Of a stretch of DNA of 64,000 bases, positions 16,342 to 26,947 are shown piece by piece (the stretch's first letter is position 1; each line of letters begins with the position of its first letter). The notes under the pieces are model-generated. The model searched no databases. It saw nothing but the letters and a program-made list of their open reading frames with translations, and was not told the DNA's origin. The translations under genes and the position numbers were made by a program. This DNA is from Candidatus Levyibacteriota bacterium (GTDB lineage Bacteria > Patescibacteriota > Microgenomatia > Levybacterales > UBA12049), in NCBI GenBank assembly GCA_027459745.1, contig DAIDHL010000002.1, positions 191,310-255,309 on the forward strand. Direction: 5' to 3'.

Positions 16342-18642
16342 TTAGAGTGTAGTTTCTAACTTGTAAATGCGAGTATTCCCATCTTGATAAACGACCTTTC
16401 CTAATTGTTTGAAGACAGATTCAGTCATAGTAGGATATTTCTGTCTTTCCAGATCTCCGACGAAAACATAGCTAATATTATATTCTTGTAATAACTGTTT
16501 TACCTGACTTACATTAGTCGATTCATACATAGTTTGAACATCAGTGATTCTAGGTGCTGGGATACTATAGCTTCCTCTCCAAAGCCATTCGTGAACAGTC
16601 CATCCAAGTACTGTGGGAAGTCCGGTATTGGCTGATACTCTGGCGTAATCTGTGTAAGAATCCCCTTGTGCTTCTAATATTACGGGCTGACCTTTAATGT
16701 TTTTATTGATCCATTGAATAGCTGCATAATCGGTAGGATACAAGGGTTTTAAATATGCTGTTCCATCTAATCCATGGTATGTTTGCAAATTGTTATAATA
16801 TGAATTAGTTGCTAGATAAGGATAAAGAGACACCACACCTACGAAAAAGAGTGCTATAACCATCCATATTGTTAGAACTAGACTTGATTTAAGTAGATGT
16901 TTTTTGATAACGTAACGGAACCATTGAGAAAAACGGTATAAAATATATCCACTAGAAAGTGAAAGCATAATAAATGCTTGAAAAACTAATTTAAACATAG
17001 TATTGGCCCGATAGTAAGTGGGATAAATATCTTTAAGATACACAAATTCAGGAAGCAGTATTAAGATAATAGAGAGAATAATTACGGAGACAATAAACCA
17101 ATCAGTGCGTGATCTGTCGATTTTTTTTATTAAAAGTATGATGAAAGATAATGCGAAAAATAAAAATAATCCATAAAGTATTAACAATTGCCACCAAGGT
17201 GACCTTTCACAATGATTCGCCTCAAATAAGAATGGCCCTATTTTGCCGATTTTAGTCAAAAAAGTCGGGGCACAAATAATACCGATACCAGAAGCGAAAG
17301 GTTTAAAAAATACAGAATAAGGAATGGTTATGAGGAATGCAAGTATCCCCGTGGCCAGTAAGGGGTTTATTGTGTCTGTAATCAAAGACGACTCTTTAAT
17401 TTTTTCATATAAAGTTAAAAAACTAAAATTAGAGATATTATTTAATAATGAAAGAAGTTGAGTTATTAATATTACTAAACCAGCAAGTAAGAAGTAAATT
17501 AGTCCGTCCCACGCGTTGGTCATATACATGACGGCCAGTAAGAATCCAATAAGTATTAAATCCTGAAAATTTAAAAACTTATTTGTAAAAGTATTAATGA
17601 TAAATACAGGAATCTTTGTCCATAAAGAAGAATCGGAGTTTTTTTTGACTACAGATTTAGTCGGTTTTCCACGATAAAAAATAGTTAAAAGAACAGCTAT
17701 GGTAGTTAAGACAAAAGGTATATCTAGCACATGACCATGTAGATCGGAAACAACCCAAGAGTATATAGGAAACTCATGTATTGTATGATAGATAAAGCGT
17801 GTTGCATTTGGATACCAATAATTGTTGGGGAAAAGTAAAGGTTGGAAAGTTAACTGCCAGGGAGGTACGGGACTATCATTAGGATAAGGACTAAAAAAAG
17901 CATATATTATATGCAGATTACCGCCTAAAGTTACTAAAAATGCACTTAATAAACCGCCTATAATTACCAACTTACTGAAAACTTCTTTACGGCTAAGATA
18001 AATTAAATTCCCCCCAATAGAAAATGCTGCACTAAAACTAACAGCAAAAAGTGTAGCAATCATAAGATTAAATGTAATATTGGAAGGGATAGCAGTTAAC
18101 TTAGTTAATACTGCAGTCACTAAATGGCCAAAATAGTAATAATTTATGGGTAATGGAGTAAACCAAATATCTCGAGGTGGGAAGTAAGATGATCTTAAAA
18201 TGGAATTTACGAAGCCAAAATCCATAAACTTTTCTAAGCCGTGTATGTCTGGATTGGTCGCTCTTATGTATGACCAACTATACAAACCTATAAAGAAAAT
18301 AATTTCTTCGAATAATGCACTCTTCCAACGACCAGCATTGAGGAGAAAAATATTTTTATGTATAACTAATTTAGCCTCTTTTTTTTTCCAACTAATTCTT
18401 AACAATACAAACACTACTACTAAGACTATCCAACTATTAATACCCGAGAATGGCAATAAATGTATAATGCCTAAAACAAAAATTATATAACTAAGAATAG
18501 CAAAACCAAGAATTTTACTAAAAATATAACCCTTATCAAAGAAATTGATAAAAATCCTTTGAGTAATTGGTAAAAATGTGATACCTATCACAAAGATGAT
18601 AAACCACCATGATAAAAAGTTAGTAAAATCAGAAAAAGACAT
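16342..18642 (-). CDS. Large polytopic membrane protein, DUF2298/YYY-motif family (GT-C-like)
   Basis: The 766-aa product has more than 12 predicted TM helices. The conserved PLPINYYYFGH motif matches the Chlor_Arch_YYY/DUF2298 family. There is a C-terminal soluble domain. Confidence 0.5.
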   Translation of the reverse strand: MSFSDFTNFLSWWFIIFVIGITFLPITQRIFINFFDKGYIFSKILGFAILSYIIFVLGIIHLLPFSGINSWIVLVVVFVLLRISWKKKEAKLVIHKNIFLLNAGRWKSALFEEIIFFIGLYSWSYIRATNPDIHGLEKFMDFGFVNSILRSSYFPPRDIWFTPLPINYYYFGHLVTAVLTKLTAIPSNITFNLMIATLFAVSFSAAFSIGGNLIYLSRKEVFSKLVIIGGLLSAFLVTLGGNLHIIYAFFSPYPNDSPVPPWQLTFQPLLFPNNYWYPNATRFIYHTIHEFPIYSWVVSDLHGHVLDIPFVLTTIAVLLTIFYRGKPTKSVVKKNSDSSLWTKIPVFIINTFTNKFLNFQDLILIGFLLAVMYMTNAWDGLIYFLLAGLVILITQLLSLLNNISNFSFLTLYEKIKESSLITDTINPLLATGILAFLITIPYSVFFKPFASGIGIICAPTFLTKIGKIGPFLFEANHCERSPWWQLLILYGLFLFFALSFIILLIKKIDRSRTDWFIVSVIILSIILILLPEFVYLKDIYPTYYRANTMFKLVFQAFIMLSLSSGYILYRFSQWFRYVIKKHLLKSSLVLTIWMVIALFFVGVVSLYPYLATNSYYNNLQTYHGLDGTAYLKPLYPTDYAAIQWINKNIKGQPVILEAQGDSYTDYARVSANTGLPTVLGWTVHEWLWRGSYSIPAPRITDVQTMYESTNVSQVKQLLQEYNISYVFVGDLERQKYPTMTESVFKQLGKVVYQDGNTRIYKLETTL

Positions 18643-18650
18643 AGTTATTC

Positions 18651-19190
18651 TTACTTAAGCATGTCTGCTAAACTAGATATAGCAGTAATGTTTCGAGTCA
18701 ACATGTGTGTTTTTCTTTGCGGATTCAACCAGAAAAATTTAGTGTTTTTATTTTGTTTGGCAACGTATTTTAATAAATGAAAGTCGTCATCAACATATCG
18801 ATCAATTTTCAGCTTTTTTAAAATATTATCTTTAAACAAGTGTGGTTGTTGGTTAGAAAAATTAAAATACATCTCGTCAAATATCTTATCGAAGCCGTGT
18901 TTTTTTGTTAGTTTGTGGGTGGTTTGTTCCAAAAAACTAAACCTACTAGAGATCAAGTAGAGCTTGTGTTCTTTCTTTGAAATTGATTCAAGAAATTCAA
19001 TATTTTTTTTGATTTTTGGTCTGAGAAATGGGAGATGAATAAGGCTACGCAGGATTTGTTCAGGTCTTGAAGGAATTCTATAGATTAGCACACCGTTGGC
19101 TTTTTTCTTATATAGATGATTGAGCACACTGTCTGGTATGAGTGGTGGATAGTCCACAAATACTTTGTCTAGATCGAAGCCTAAGTTCAT
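18651..19190 (-). CDS. HAD-like hydrolase (putative phosphatase)
   Basis: The N-terminal LGFDLDKVFV fits HAD motif I, hhhDxDx(T/V). The product is 179 aa. This is weak, motif-only evidence. Confidence 0.3.
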   Translation of the reverse strand: MNLGFDLDKVFVDYPPLIPDSVLNHLYKKKANGVLIYRIPSRPEQILRSLIHLPFLRPKIKKNIEFLESISKKEHKLYLISSRFSFLEQTTHKLTKKHGFDKIFDEMYFNFSNQQPHLFKDNILKKLKIDRYVDDDFHLLKYVAKQNKNTKFFWLNPQRKTHMLTRNITAISSLADMLK

Positions 19191-19249
19191 AATTTAATAT
19201 TAAGTATAAAGTATTCGACGTTATACAAACAAGCGATAAATGGCAGTTT

Positions 19250-20290
19250 TTATAATTTAGAAATCAGATCAAGAATCTTAAAGTTCCAGTTAACACGATG
19301 AGTATTGCCTTTACGATTTACTATTTCGTTTCTATGTTCTTTATACCAATTATAACTTTCTAAAAATAACTCTTTGTTGGACTTCTTGGGATGCCAATTA
19401 AGTAATTTTTCAGCTTTGGCTATAGAGACATAAGAATTTACGGGCATGGTTTTATAATGCCAGGCTGCAATTGGAGAAAGGTTTAAAATTTCTAAAATGC
19501 CAAGTATAAATTGGGATAGTAACACAGGAAGACCGGTAATTTTAGCTTTAGACCTACTTTGTTTGATAACATAACCTAGATCACTTTTCCATGATCCATA
19601 TTGTTTTGCACCAATATTAAATATCTGATTGTGTGTTTTGCTTATAAGAGCCTTATAAATCGCCTCTACCACATCTGTCACGGCTAATAATTGATATTTG
19701 TTGTCGCCATTACCAAGAATATATAATCGTCTATTATTATAAATTGCTTCAAACCAAAGAGCAAAAACTCCCAATCTTTCAATACCCAAGAAGGTTTTTG
19801 GTCGAATAATGTTTATCTCCAACCCTTTTTTCATATAATCTTTGCATAATCTTTCCCCTTCAATCTTAGAAATTCCATACCATCCGATAGGATCTAAAGG
19901 GCTTTCTTCTGTTTCTGGTAAATGCTTTGGTACCCCATAAACAGCTGTAGAAGAAATGAAGACAAGTCTTTTTATTTTGTTTTTCAATGCAGATTCAAGT
20001 GTGTTTTGTGTGCCGTCGATATTAACATGAAAAATTACATCTTTCTTGACTTGGATAGGAAGTGCAGCAGCTGTGTGAACTACATAACTATGATTTCTGA
20101 GGGATTTTAACAGTAGTTTCTTATTGCTGACGTCACCTTTAATAAATTTGACTTTTCCAACTAAATCTTTTGCATCAAGATCTGCGATGTCATATAAAGT
20201 AACATCCCAATGAGCTTTTAAAAATCTTCTAGCCAGATGTACTCCTAGAAAACCTGTACCACCTGTAATAAAAACTCTCTTTTTTTGCAT
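19250..20290 (-). CDS. NAD-dependent epimerase/dehydratase (extended SDR)
   Basis: The Rossmann motif VFITGGTGFLGVHLARRF is present. Catalytic YxxxK lies in context (YGISK). The product is 346 aa. Confidence 0.75.
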   Translation of the reverse strand: MQKKRVFITGGTGFLGVHLARRFLKAHWDVTLYDIADLDAKDLVGKVKFIKGDVSNKKLLLKSLRNHSYVVHTAAALPIQVKKDVIFHVNIDGTQNTLESALKNKIKRLVFISSTAVYGVPKHLPETEESPLDPIGWYGISKIEGERLCKDYMKKGLEINIIRPKTFLGIERLGVFALWFEAIYNNRRLYILGNGDNKYQLLAVTDVVEAIYKALISKTHNQIFNIGAKQYGSWKSDLGYVIKQSRSKAKITGLPVLLSQFILGILEILNLSPIAAWHYKTMPVNSYVSIAKAEKLLNWHPKKSNKELFLESYNWYKEHRNEIVNRKGNTHRVNWNFKILDLISKL

Positions 20291-20431
20291 AACTTTTGAA
20301 TTAAGACTTATAAAGAAGATATTGGGCAGAAAATATTTTCTATTTATTAATTATTCTATTGTACAATTTTACCTATTTCAAAAGCAAGAGTAATTGTATA
20401 AATAGATGCATTGAAGGTATAATAAATTTAA

Positions 20432-22030
20432 ATGATGAGTTTAGATTATAAAAAATATTACTTAAGAATAATTGAATTAATGCTGTTATTTACAATATTG
20501 ATTTTGGGTTTAGTAATTAGATGGCAAGGTATAGACACGGTTCCTTACTCCATTGAACAGGATGAATATCAGTGGTCTATAACAGCTTTTCTAAACTCCT
20601 ATAACATAAACTCAAGTGACAAAGGGGCATGGACAGTTAACTATGAGCTTTCTCAGTACTATCCTGTTACTTTTGTGTTTGATAGAATTTCTTTTTATAT
20701 CTTTGGACCAGATTTAGTCTCCCCTAGGAAGATGTTAATAGTTATTAGCACATTATCACTATTAGCATTCTACTTATTTATACGTAGACTATTTCCTGCA
20801 TGGACATCCTTAATAACTTTAACCTTATATAGTTTTTCTACCTACAAACTAATTACCAGTCGTATTGTGGAAGCATCCGCCTATATAGATCTTTTTACTT
20901 TTGTTGCAGCTTATATATTAATAGCAGTGCCGTTCGTTGAAGGATATGAGGGTTTTTCTTTGATGTTTCTAGGAGGCTTATCAGTAGTTTTGGCAATGCT
21001 TACTTATAATCAAGGATTTTTATTACCTTTGGTTTTCTTTATGATATTTGTATTTAAAGTATTTATTAATAGATGCTCAATAAAAGTAGTTAGATTCTAT
21101 TTTATTGCTTTCTTCTTGCCGATTATAGTAGCTCTTCCAAGATTGATATATATTGCCCATCAAGAAGCACTGTCACAAAACTATGCATTAACTTCTCTAG
21201 CGGTTTCATTAAATGGAATAGATCTGCATAAGTTATATGGAAATTTACAGACTGTATTTATAATACTATTCCTACATTCAAGTTATGACATGATAGTAAA
21301 TTATTCTGGGCCAATAGTAAATACTTTAGTTGTTGTTTTAGCATTGATCGGTATTGTGATAGGGTTATTACAGATTAAAAGATATTATCCAATACTATGT
21401 TTCTTCATTTTTATGTCCGTACCGTATCAGTTATTTTTTGGAATTAATGCTCCAAGGTGGTGGTATTTAAGCATAAGTGTAATTTACATCTTAGCAGGAG
21501 TAGTACTATTTAATCTCGAGAGAATATTAAAATGGTTATACATACGCAAAAAAAGAGGATTTCTATACGTATTAATAATTTTATTATTTATTACTATTAG
21601 TTATATTATTCAAGGAGAGGTTTGTAGATACTATTATCAAGCTTTATACAATCCATCCTTTAGGTCTACTGCGGATAGAGAAATGTTTGAAATAACTTAT
21701 AAATATAGAAGTGATTTAGGTAAAAATATTGCGTTCATTTTTTACAATGACGATTGGTATGAGCGAGATTTAATTACGAACCTAGCAGCATCATCATATA
21801 ATTATGTCTTAGCAAATTCAAATAACGCAAATAACATAAGAAATCAATCTAGATTAGCGTTAAACATAATGAATTTAGAAGAGTTTTATGACTATAAACA
21901 AATCTCAAAAATTAACAAGGTAGTAGTACCATATGTTTTATACCCTAAAATAAGAACTTACTTGCTAAGCAAAAAATATAAAATTAAAACTACGTATTTT
22001 GGGAAAAACTTTGACATAATTTTTGATTAA
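20432..22030 (+). CDS. GT-C fold membrane glycosyltransferase (PMT/ArnT-like, GT39/GT83-like)
   Basis: The 532-aa product is polytopic. A DE motif sits in the first extracytoplasmic loop (EQDEYQW). The overall architecture resembles its two neighbours. Confidence 0.4.
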   Translation: MMSLDYKKYYLRIIELMLLFTILILGLVIRWQGIDTVPYSIEQDEYQWSITAFLNSYNINSSDKGAWTVNYELSQYYPVTFVFDRISFYIFGPDLVSPRKMLIVISTLSLLAFYLFIRRLFPAWTSLITLTLYSFSTYKLITSRIVEASAYIDLFTFVAAYILIAVPFVEGYEGFSLMFLGGLSVVLAMLTYNQGFLLPLVFFMIFVFKVFINRCSIKVVRFYFIAFFLPIIVALPRLIYIAHQEALSQNYALTSLAVSLNGIDLHKLYGNLQTVFIILFLHSSYDMIVNYSGPIVNTLVVVLALIGIVIGLLQIKRYYPILCFFIFMSVPYQLFFGINAPRWWYLSISVIYILAGVVLFNLERILKWLYIRKKRGFLYVLIILLFITISYIIQGEVCRYYYQALYNPSFRSTADREMFEITYKYRSDLGKNIAFIFYNDDWYERDLITNLAASSYNYVLANSNNANNIRNQSRLALNIMNLEEFYDYKQISKINKVVVPYVLYPKIRTYLLSKKYKIKTTYFGKNFDIIFD

Positions 22031-22038
22031 AGACTGTA

Positions 22039-23862
22039 TTAAATTTTTTTAAAGATCATGATTTTGGGATGGTCATATACAGTAAATGATTCGTCTGCTG
22101 ATTGGTCATTAATTGGTATATTCATAAGAGGAATTTGCGGACTAATAGAAAACTGTTTAATTTTTTTAAAAATTAAATGTCTTGCACCGGGCAAATTGGC
22201 GAAAGAGGTACCTTGCAATATTGGTCTACCCGCGAACAAATTTTTGTAATACATACTTGCTATGGGATAGCAGCGTGGAAAAGGATATTTTTGGCAGTTT
22301 GCTAATTTTTGTATAGGTACATACAGACGATTTGAGGCAATGATTATATATTGAACTTGTTCTAGTTGATTTACTATTCCCTCCCATTTTTGTTGTGTAT
22401 CCGGATCATATAAAGGTAAAGTTTGCATTTCATAATTTGGAGCTGTACCTAAAGGTAATTCATCATCCCAATGCTCAACGGCAATACCCGTTCCTGAAGG
22501 TAGATTTTGATTAATATATTCTGTCGCCTGAACTCTAGTATTCGGTTGAGAATAAATATGTATGAAACTGAGTGGCCATATAAGAAGTAGAATGACAAAT
22601 GACGGATAGATCGCATATTTTAATAAGTTTTGGGATTTTGACTTATGGATTTGGAATATCGTTAGTGAATTAAGATAAATTATAAATTTATAAATCAGTA
22701 ATGCACCAAAAAGACAGAGTAAAGGATATAGAGGTAACATATAACGCATAAAGCCAATTGCAAACTTACCAACAATAAAAAAATATATCCAAAAGAAAAC
22801 GACTAATATAAATTCGTCTGCCCAAAGTGTTCTCTTATAAATATCCTTATCGGGTTTGTCTTTTAAAGTAGTAGTGCCAGAAAATATTTTACGAATTGAA
22901 TTTAGAGTGATATAAATCGATCCGCTGAACGTAATAATTGCAAGCAATGGCCCTAGTCCCCATAAGAATATATTTTCTATCTCATACCAGTATGGTATTA
23001 TTCCTACATATTGAAGGGTATAAGGAAACGTGAAAGCATTTGTGGTCATAGCGTCTTGTTGTAATGTCTGAGTCATAAATTCATTAAAATCAATAAATGC
23101 ATAAGGTTCTAAAACAAAATACGCTGCAGTCAGGGTAATTAAGATGAATAAACTATTACGTAATAATCCTACAATAAATCGTGGCAAATGATTTAACCAT
23201 TTCTTTGGATGAATGGAATGACTTAATAGCAATAATAAAAAATCTGCAGTTAATGCAATTACTACAGAAATACCTATAACTGTTGCACTAATTTTGGTCG
23301 CTAAGGCAAAAGCAATAGTTAAACCAATCAGAATAGCCTTACCAATGGAAGGTTTGTTATAAAACTTTATTAAAAGATAGAGAGTTATAGTCATAAAGCA
23401 AGTAAGTAGAGTATCTACGGCGTAAAAATGAGAAGTTTGAATAGCAAAAACGCTTATTGAATAGAAAAAAGCGGCAATTAGACCTGCCTTTTTATCTTTT
23501 AAATTCTTCCCCAATAAATAGACAAAAATAATAGTGCCTAAATCAAATGTGGCAGAGATTATTCTCCCCAATAAATTAATTCCATCATAAGTTGATAACG
23601 TGGGTTCTATATGAATAAACAACATACTCATTAACTTAAGTAAATATAAGGGAAAAGAACCGTAAGCAAAGAAATGAGGATTCCAAGGACTTTGTATTGA
23701 AAGGAATTGATTAAGATTACTGGGTAACTGGAGTTGTAAAGTATACAATACGATTGCTCTCTCATCAGGGTGTAAGTGATTGCCTTGATCCCAATCAATA
23801 TCATGCAAGCGAAAAATTGCTGCTAATATAATAATTAAAAATAGAATGATTTTAGATCTCAT
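22039..23862 (-). CDS. GT-C fold membrane glycosyltransferase (PMT/ArnT-like)
   Basis: HLHPDERAIV follows TM1 (the DE motif of GT39/GT83 loop 1). The product has 11 or more TM helices, and its C-terminal soluble domain is about 150 aa. Confidence 0.55.
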   Translation of the reverse strand: MRSKIILFLIIILAAIFRLHDIDWDQGNHLHPDERAIVLYTLQLQLPSNLNQFLSIQSPWNPHFFAYGSFPLYLLKLMSMLFIHIEPTLSTYDGINLLGRIISATFDLGTIIFVYLLGKNLKDKKAGLIAAFFYSISVFAIQTSHFYAVDTLLTCFMTITLYLLIKFYNKPSIGKAILIGLTIAFALATKISATVIGISVVIALTADFLLLLLSHSIHPKKWLNHLPRFIVGLLRNSLFILITLTAAYFVLEPYAFIDFNEFMTQTLQQDAMTTNAFTFPYTLQYVGIIPYWYEIENIFLWGLGPLLAIITFSGSIYITLNSIRKIFSGTTTLKDKPDKDIYKRTLWADEFILVVFFWIYFFIVGKFAIGFMRYMLPLYPLLCLFGALLIYKFIIYLNSLTIFQIHKSKSQNLLKYAIYPSFVILLLIWPLSFIHIYSQPNTRVQATEYINQNLPSGTGIAVEHWDDELPLGTAPNYEMQTLPLYDPDTQQKWEGIVNQLEQVQYIIIASNRLYVPIQKLANCQKYPFPRCYPIASMYYKNLFAGRPILQGTSFANLPGARHLIFKKIKQFSISPQIPLMNIPINDQSADESFTVYDHPKIMIFKKI

Positions 23863-23864
23863 AA

Positions 23865-25598
23865 TTATTTAGTTCGTCTAAAAATAAATATCGTAGGTCG
23901 ATCAAATACACTTGCTGTCTCTTCATAAGAGAAGACAGGATTTCCTAAATATGTAATTTGACAAAAAATATCACAAGGAGTCTCATAAACAACTTTAAAG
24001 TTTAGTTTATCAGACAATAACTGCGTATAGAAATTATGTCCTTGTGGAAATTGTTTTTCATTATCTAACCGTACTTTCATGATTCGTTGGCTTGGTAAAA
24101 TTATCGCCTGTGACTGACTTAATGCTGAATGTAAGGTGTTAGGGTTAGTCTGGTCAGAAGGATTATCTAAATCATAAAAATTGTATAATCTTATATTAGA
24201 AAAATAAGAATTAAAGGGCACAATACCTAAGTCATATACCTCACTGAGAATCTTAGTATTAGAAGATAAAACATTCCTAGCTGCTTGTAGTGCTTGCAAG
24301 CGAGTATCGGTTTCTATATAAGCACTAATTAAAAAACTTAAGGCAAAAATAATTGTGTAAAGTATTGCTAAAATATAAGATGAATTTACCAATTTTATTG
24401 TCAGCTTTTTTTTGGCATTTTCATAAAGTTTAATTAAAGTAAATGAAATCATTAAATAAATAAACGGCAAAGTTGGTACCATATATCTAGTCCATTTAAC
24501 AAAGAAAAAAGCTTGTGACAAAAATATTAATAAGAAAAAAAACACAAGTAGAAAAAGATCAAACGTCACTTGTTTATTTTTTTCAGAAGTGGATTTTAAA
24601 CGCGGAAAAGAATTGCTCAGATAAAACTTAAAGATGACAAAACAAGTATAAAAAAAGGAAAAAACAAAGAATATAGTCAGAAGGGGATTGATTAAAAAGG
24701 GAAAAACATGTAAAAGTTGGAAAATAATGGGAGCAGTATTGTAAAACTCTCCAGTGTAGAAAACGGGTTGTGTACCGAGTGCTACACCAGACTCATAATG
24801 CATGCTATTTAAAAATGAAACTTTATCTAAAAAGGTATAAGGATTAGTTAAAATATAAATATCGGCTACAATAAATAAAAAAATAAATACTTTTAACAAC
24901 ACAAACAAAACATGAAAAAGTCTACTGAAGTTAGTCTTATGTTGTGCGAAATCTTGTATGGAAGACTTAATAATAAGTAAAATTGGTATCGGTAATAGTA
25001 CGAAGGAAGTAACTTTACTTGCACAGAGTATAGCAGTTGTCAGAATCATTAAAACAAAAGGAAGAAATTTATTAGTTCTGTAATACCATAGGGCTGAGCC
25101 AAACATTAAAGTAGAAAAGAGGGTGAGCCACATTTCATATGTACCAAAATGGGCGAATTGTATAAACCCTACACTAAAAGTAGTCAAAATAGCCGAAAGA
25201 ACTCCAGTCCAGGCGTTTTTTATATATTTACCAAGTAAAAATGACAATGGAATTAATATTAAACTACTAATTGCAGCTATTATTCTCAAACCAAGGATTG
25301 CCTGTGTGAAGTTTACTTGAGTACAGTTAGTCCACGATAAATGACAACTAGTAAAAAAGTTTAATACAAGGCTACTAAAGTAAACTAGATAAATAGGTAA
25401 GGAGCCATAGGCAAAAAAATGTGGATCCATTTGGCTGGCAAATTGTAGCCCTACGATAGATGAAGCAATGTTTCTTTCATCGGGATGAAAATAAAAAGGT
25501 GCCCCCCAATTAAGATTATAAAACCTTAGAACAATACCTAAGGCCATCAAAATAATAATAATTGAAGAGGTGCTACTTTTATTTAACAATTTATGCAT
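23865..25598 (-). CDS. GT-C fold membrane glycosyltransferase (tandem paralog of 22039-23862)
   Basis: The product has the same N-terminal architecture and loop motif (YFHPDERNIASS) as its neighbour. It lies 2 bp upstream of that neighbour on the same strand. Confidence 0.55.
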   Translation of the reverse strand: MHKLLNKSSTSSIIIILMALGIVLRFYNLNWGAPFYFHPDERNIASSIVGLQFASQMDPHFFAYGSLPIYLVYFSSLVLNFFTSCHLSWTNCTQVNFTQAILGLRIIAAISSLILIPLSFLLGKYIKNAWTGVLSAILTTFSVGFIQFAHFGTYEMWLTLFSTLMFGSALWYYRTNKFLPFVLMILTTAILCASKVTSFVLLPIPILLIIKSSIQDFAQHKTNFSRLFHVLFVLLKVFIFLFIVADIYILTNPYTFLDKVSFLNSMHYESGVALGTQPVFYTGEFYNTAPIIFQLLHVFPFLINPLLTIFFVFSFFYTCFVIFKFYLSNSFPRLKSTSEKNKQVTFDLFLLVFFFLLIFLSQAFFFVKWTRYMVPTLPFIYLMISFTLIKLYENAKKKLTIKLVNSSYILAILYTIIFALSFLISAYIETDTRLQALQAARNVLSSNTKILSEVYDLGIVPFNSYFSNIRLYNFYDLDNPSDQTNPNTLHSALSQSQAIILPSQRIMKVRLDNEKQFPQGHNFYTQLLSDKLNFKVVYETPCDIFCQITYLGNPVFSYEETASVFDRPTIFIFRRTK

Positions 25599-25635
25599 GA
25601 TTCAATTGTACTTAAAAAAATATATGAATGTAAAA

Positions 25636-26919
25636 CTATTGGTGATTAGTAACAAATTGAGCTATTCTCTCTCCCAGCTCAACTGCATAGTTGGTTCCTC
25701 TATCCCATGGGTAAACTTGTTGCATATTAGCTAAATAAACGTTCTCTAGTGGTGTGGTGAAAGGAGGTATCATTTTACCGTAGTTTTTAAAGAAAATAGG
25801 CTGAGCAAAGGGTGTAGAGAATTTTCTGACGGCAATAAGATCTTTTTTATAATCTGGGTTAATTGTTTTTAAAAAACTATCAAACTCTGACAGAATTTGT
25901 TTTTCATTCATAGAGAAATACCGGTGATTATTAGGTAAGTAGTTACCCAAATAAATAATGTGTTCATTGTTATAATGTTTTTTATCCATAAAATTAGTAT
26001 GCTCAACTACAGCTAATACAGGTGCTTTGGTGTCACAAACATTTAACCAGTATGTATCATCAACAAAGAATTTTTTCTTTAAACGCATTACTAGTACAAC
26101 TGCTCCGATACCTTTTAAATTGATTAACGACTGTTGATAATCTTCAGGTAGTTGGGGAGCAACTTTAATAAAAGCGAAAGACGGTAAAGTTACAATGACT
26201 TTGTCAAAACTCTCGGCCCTAGATTCGGAATGGAGGGTATAAGTTATTAATGGTTTGCCTTCAGTTTTAATTTCATTTAATTCGGTTTGGAAATATATTT
26301 TTCCGCCTTTACTTAATATAGCTTTTGCAAGGAATTCTGCGAAGTGCAGGAATCCTCCCTGAGGATAGGCTAGATATGTAGTACGTTTTTTTATACGAGA
26401 CCAGAACCATGTCAATGCAATTTTATCAGCATATTTGCCGAACTTACTTACTAATAATGGCTGCCAAAGAATCTGATAGGCTTTTTTGCCGATTGTTTTG
26501 CTCAAAAATGCTGATGCTGTTATATTTTCAAACATCTTCCAATAGGGATTGTAACGCAGAAATGCTAGCACCAATCCCATTTGAAATCTCTCAAACATCG
26601 AAAGTTTGGGGAAAGTAAGTAGTGTTAGTGGTGAATCAAGTTGATAAATTCGGTTATTTATCAAAGAAGATGTTTTTGGCCTTTTAATTAAGACAGGATA
26701 TTTCAACTCTTTAGCTAAGTTAAGTATTGAGTCATCATTTGTGAACCAATGATGATAAAAATATTCCAGACTCCAATCCCAGTCTTTTTCTTGATAGCCG
26801 AGTGCTAAGCCACCAGGTTTATGATCTTTTTCAAAGACTGTAACAGTATGGCCGGCGCATGTCAGACGGTAAGCAGCAGCCAATCCAGTGAAACCTGCTC
26901 CAATAATAGCTATTTTCAT
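25636..26919 (-). CDS. FAD/NAD(P)-binding oxidoreductase (amine-oxidase/phytoene-desaturase/UGM-like fold)
   Basis: The N-terminal dinucleotide-binding motif MKIAIIGAGFTGLAAAYRL...VTVFEK is present. The product is 427 aa. Substrate is not assignable from sequence. Confidence 0.65.
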   Translation of the reverse strand: MKIAIIGAGFTGLAAAYRLTCAGHTVTVFEKDHKPGGLALGYQEKDWDWSLEYFYHHWFTNDDSILNLAKELKYPVLIKRPKTSSLINNRIYQLDSPLTLLTFPKLSMFERFQMGLVLAFLRYNPYWKMFENITASAFLSKTIGKKAYQILWQPLLVSKFGKYADKIALTWFWSRIKKRTTYLAYPQGGFLHFAEFLAKAILSKGGKIYFQTELNEIKTEGKPLITYTLHSESRAESFDKVIVTLPSFAFIKVAPQLPEDYQQSLINLKGIGAVVLVMRLKKKFFVDDTYWLNVCDTKAPVLAVVEHTNFMDKKHYNNEHIIYLGNYLPNNHRYFSMNEKQILSEFDSFLKTINPDYKKDLIAVRKFSTPFAQPIFFKNYGKMIPPFTTPLENVYLANMQQVYPWDRGTNYAVELGERIAQFVTNHQ

Positions 26920-26947
26920 AATTTATTTATATTATATGGAATTTGAA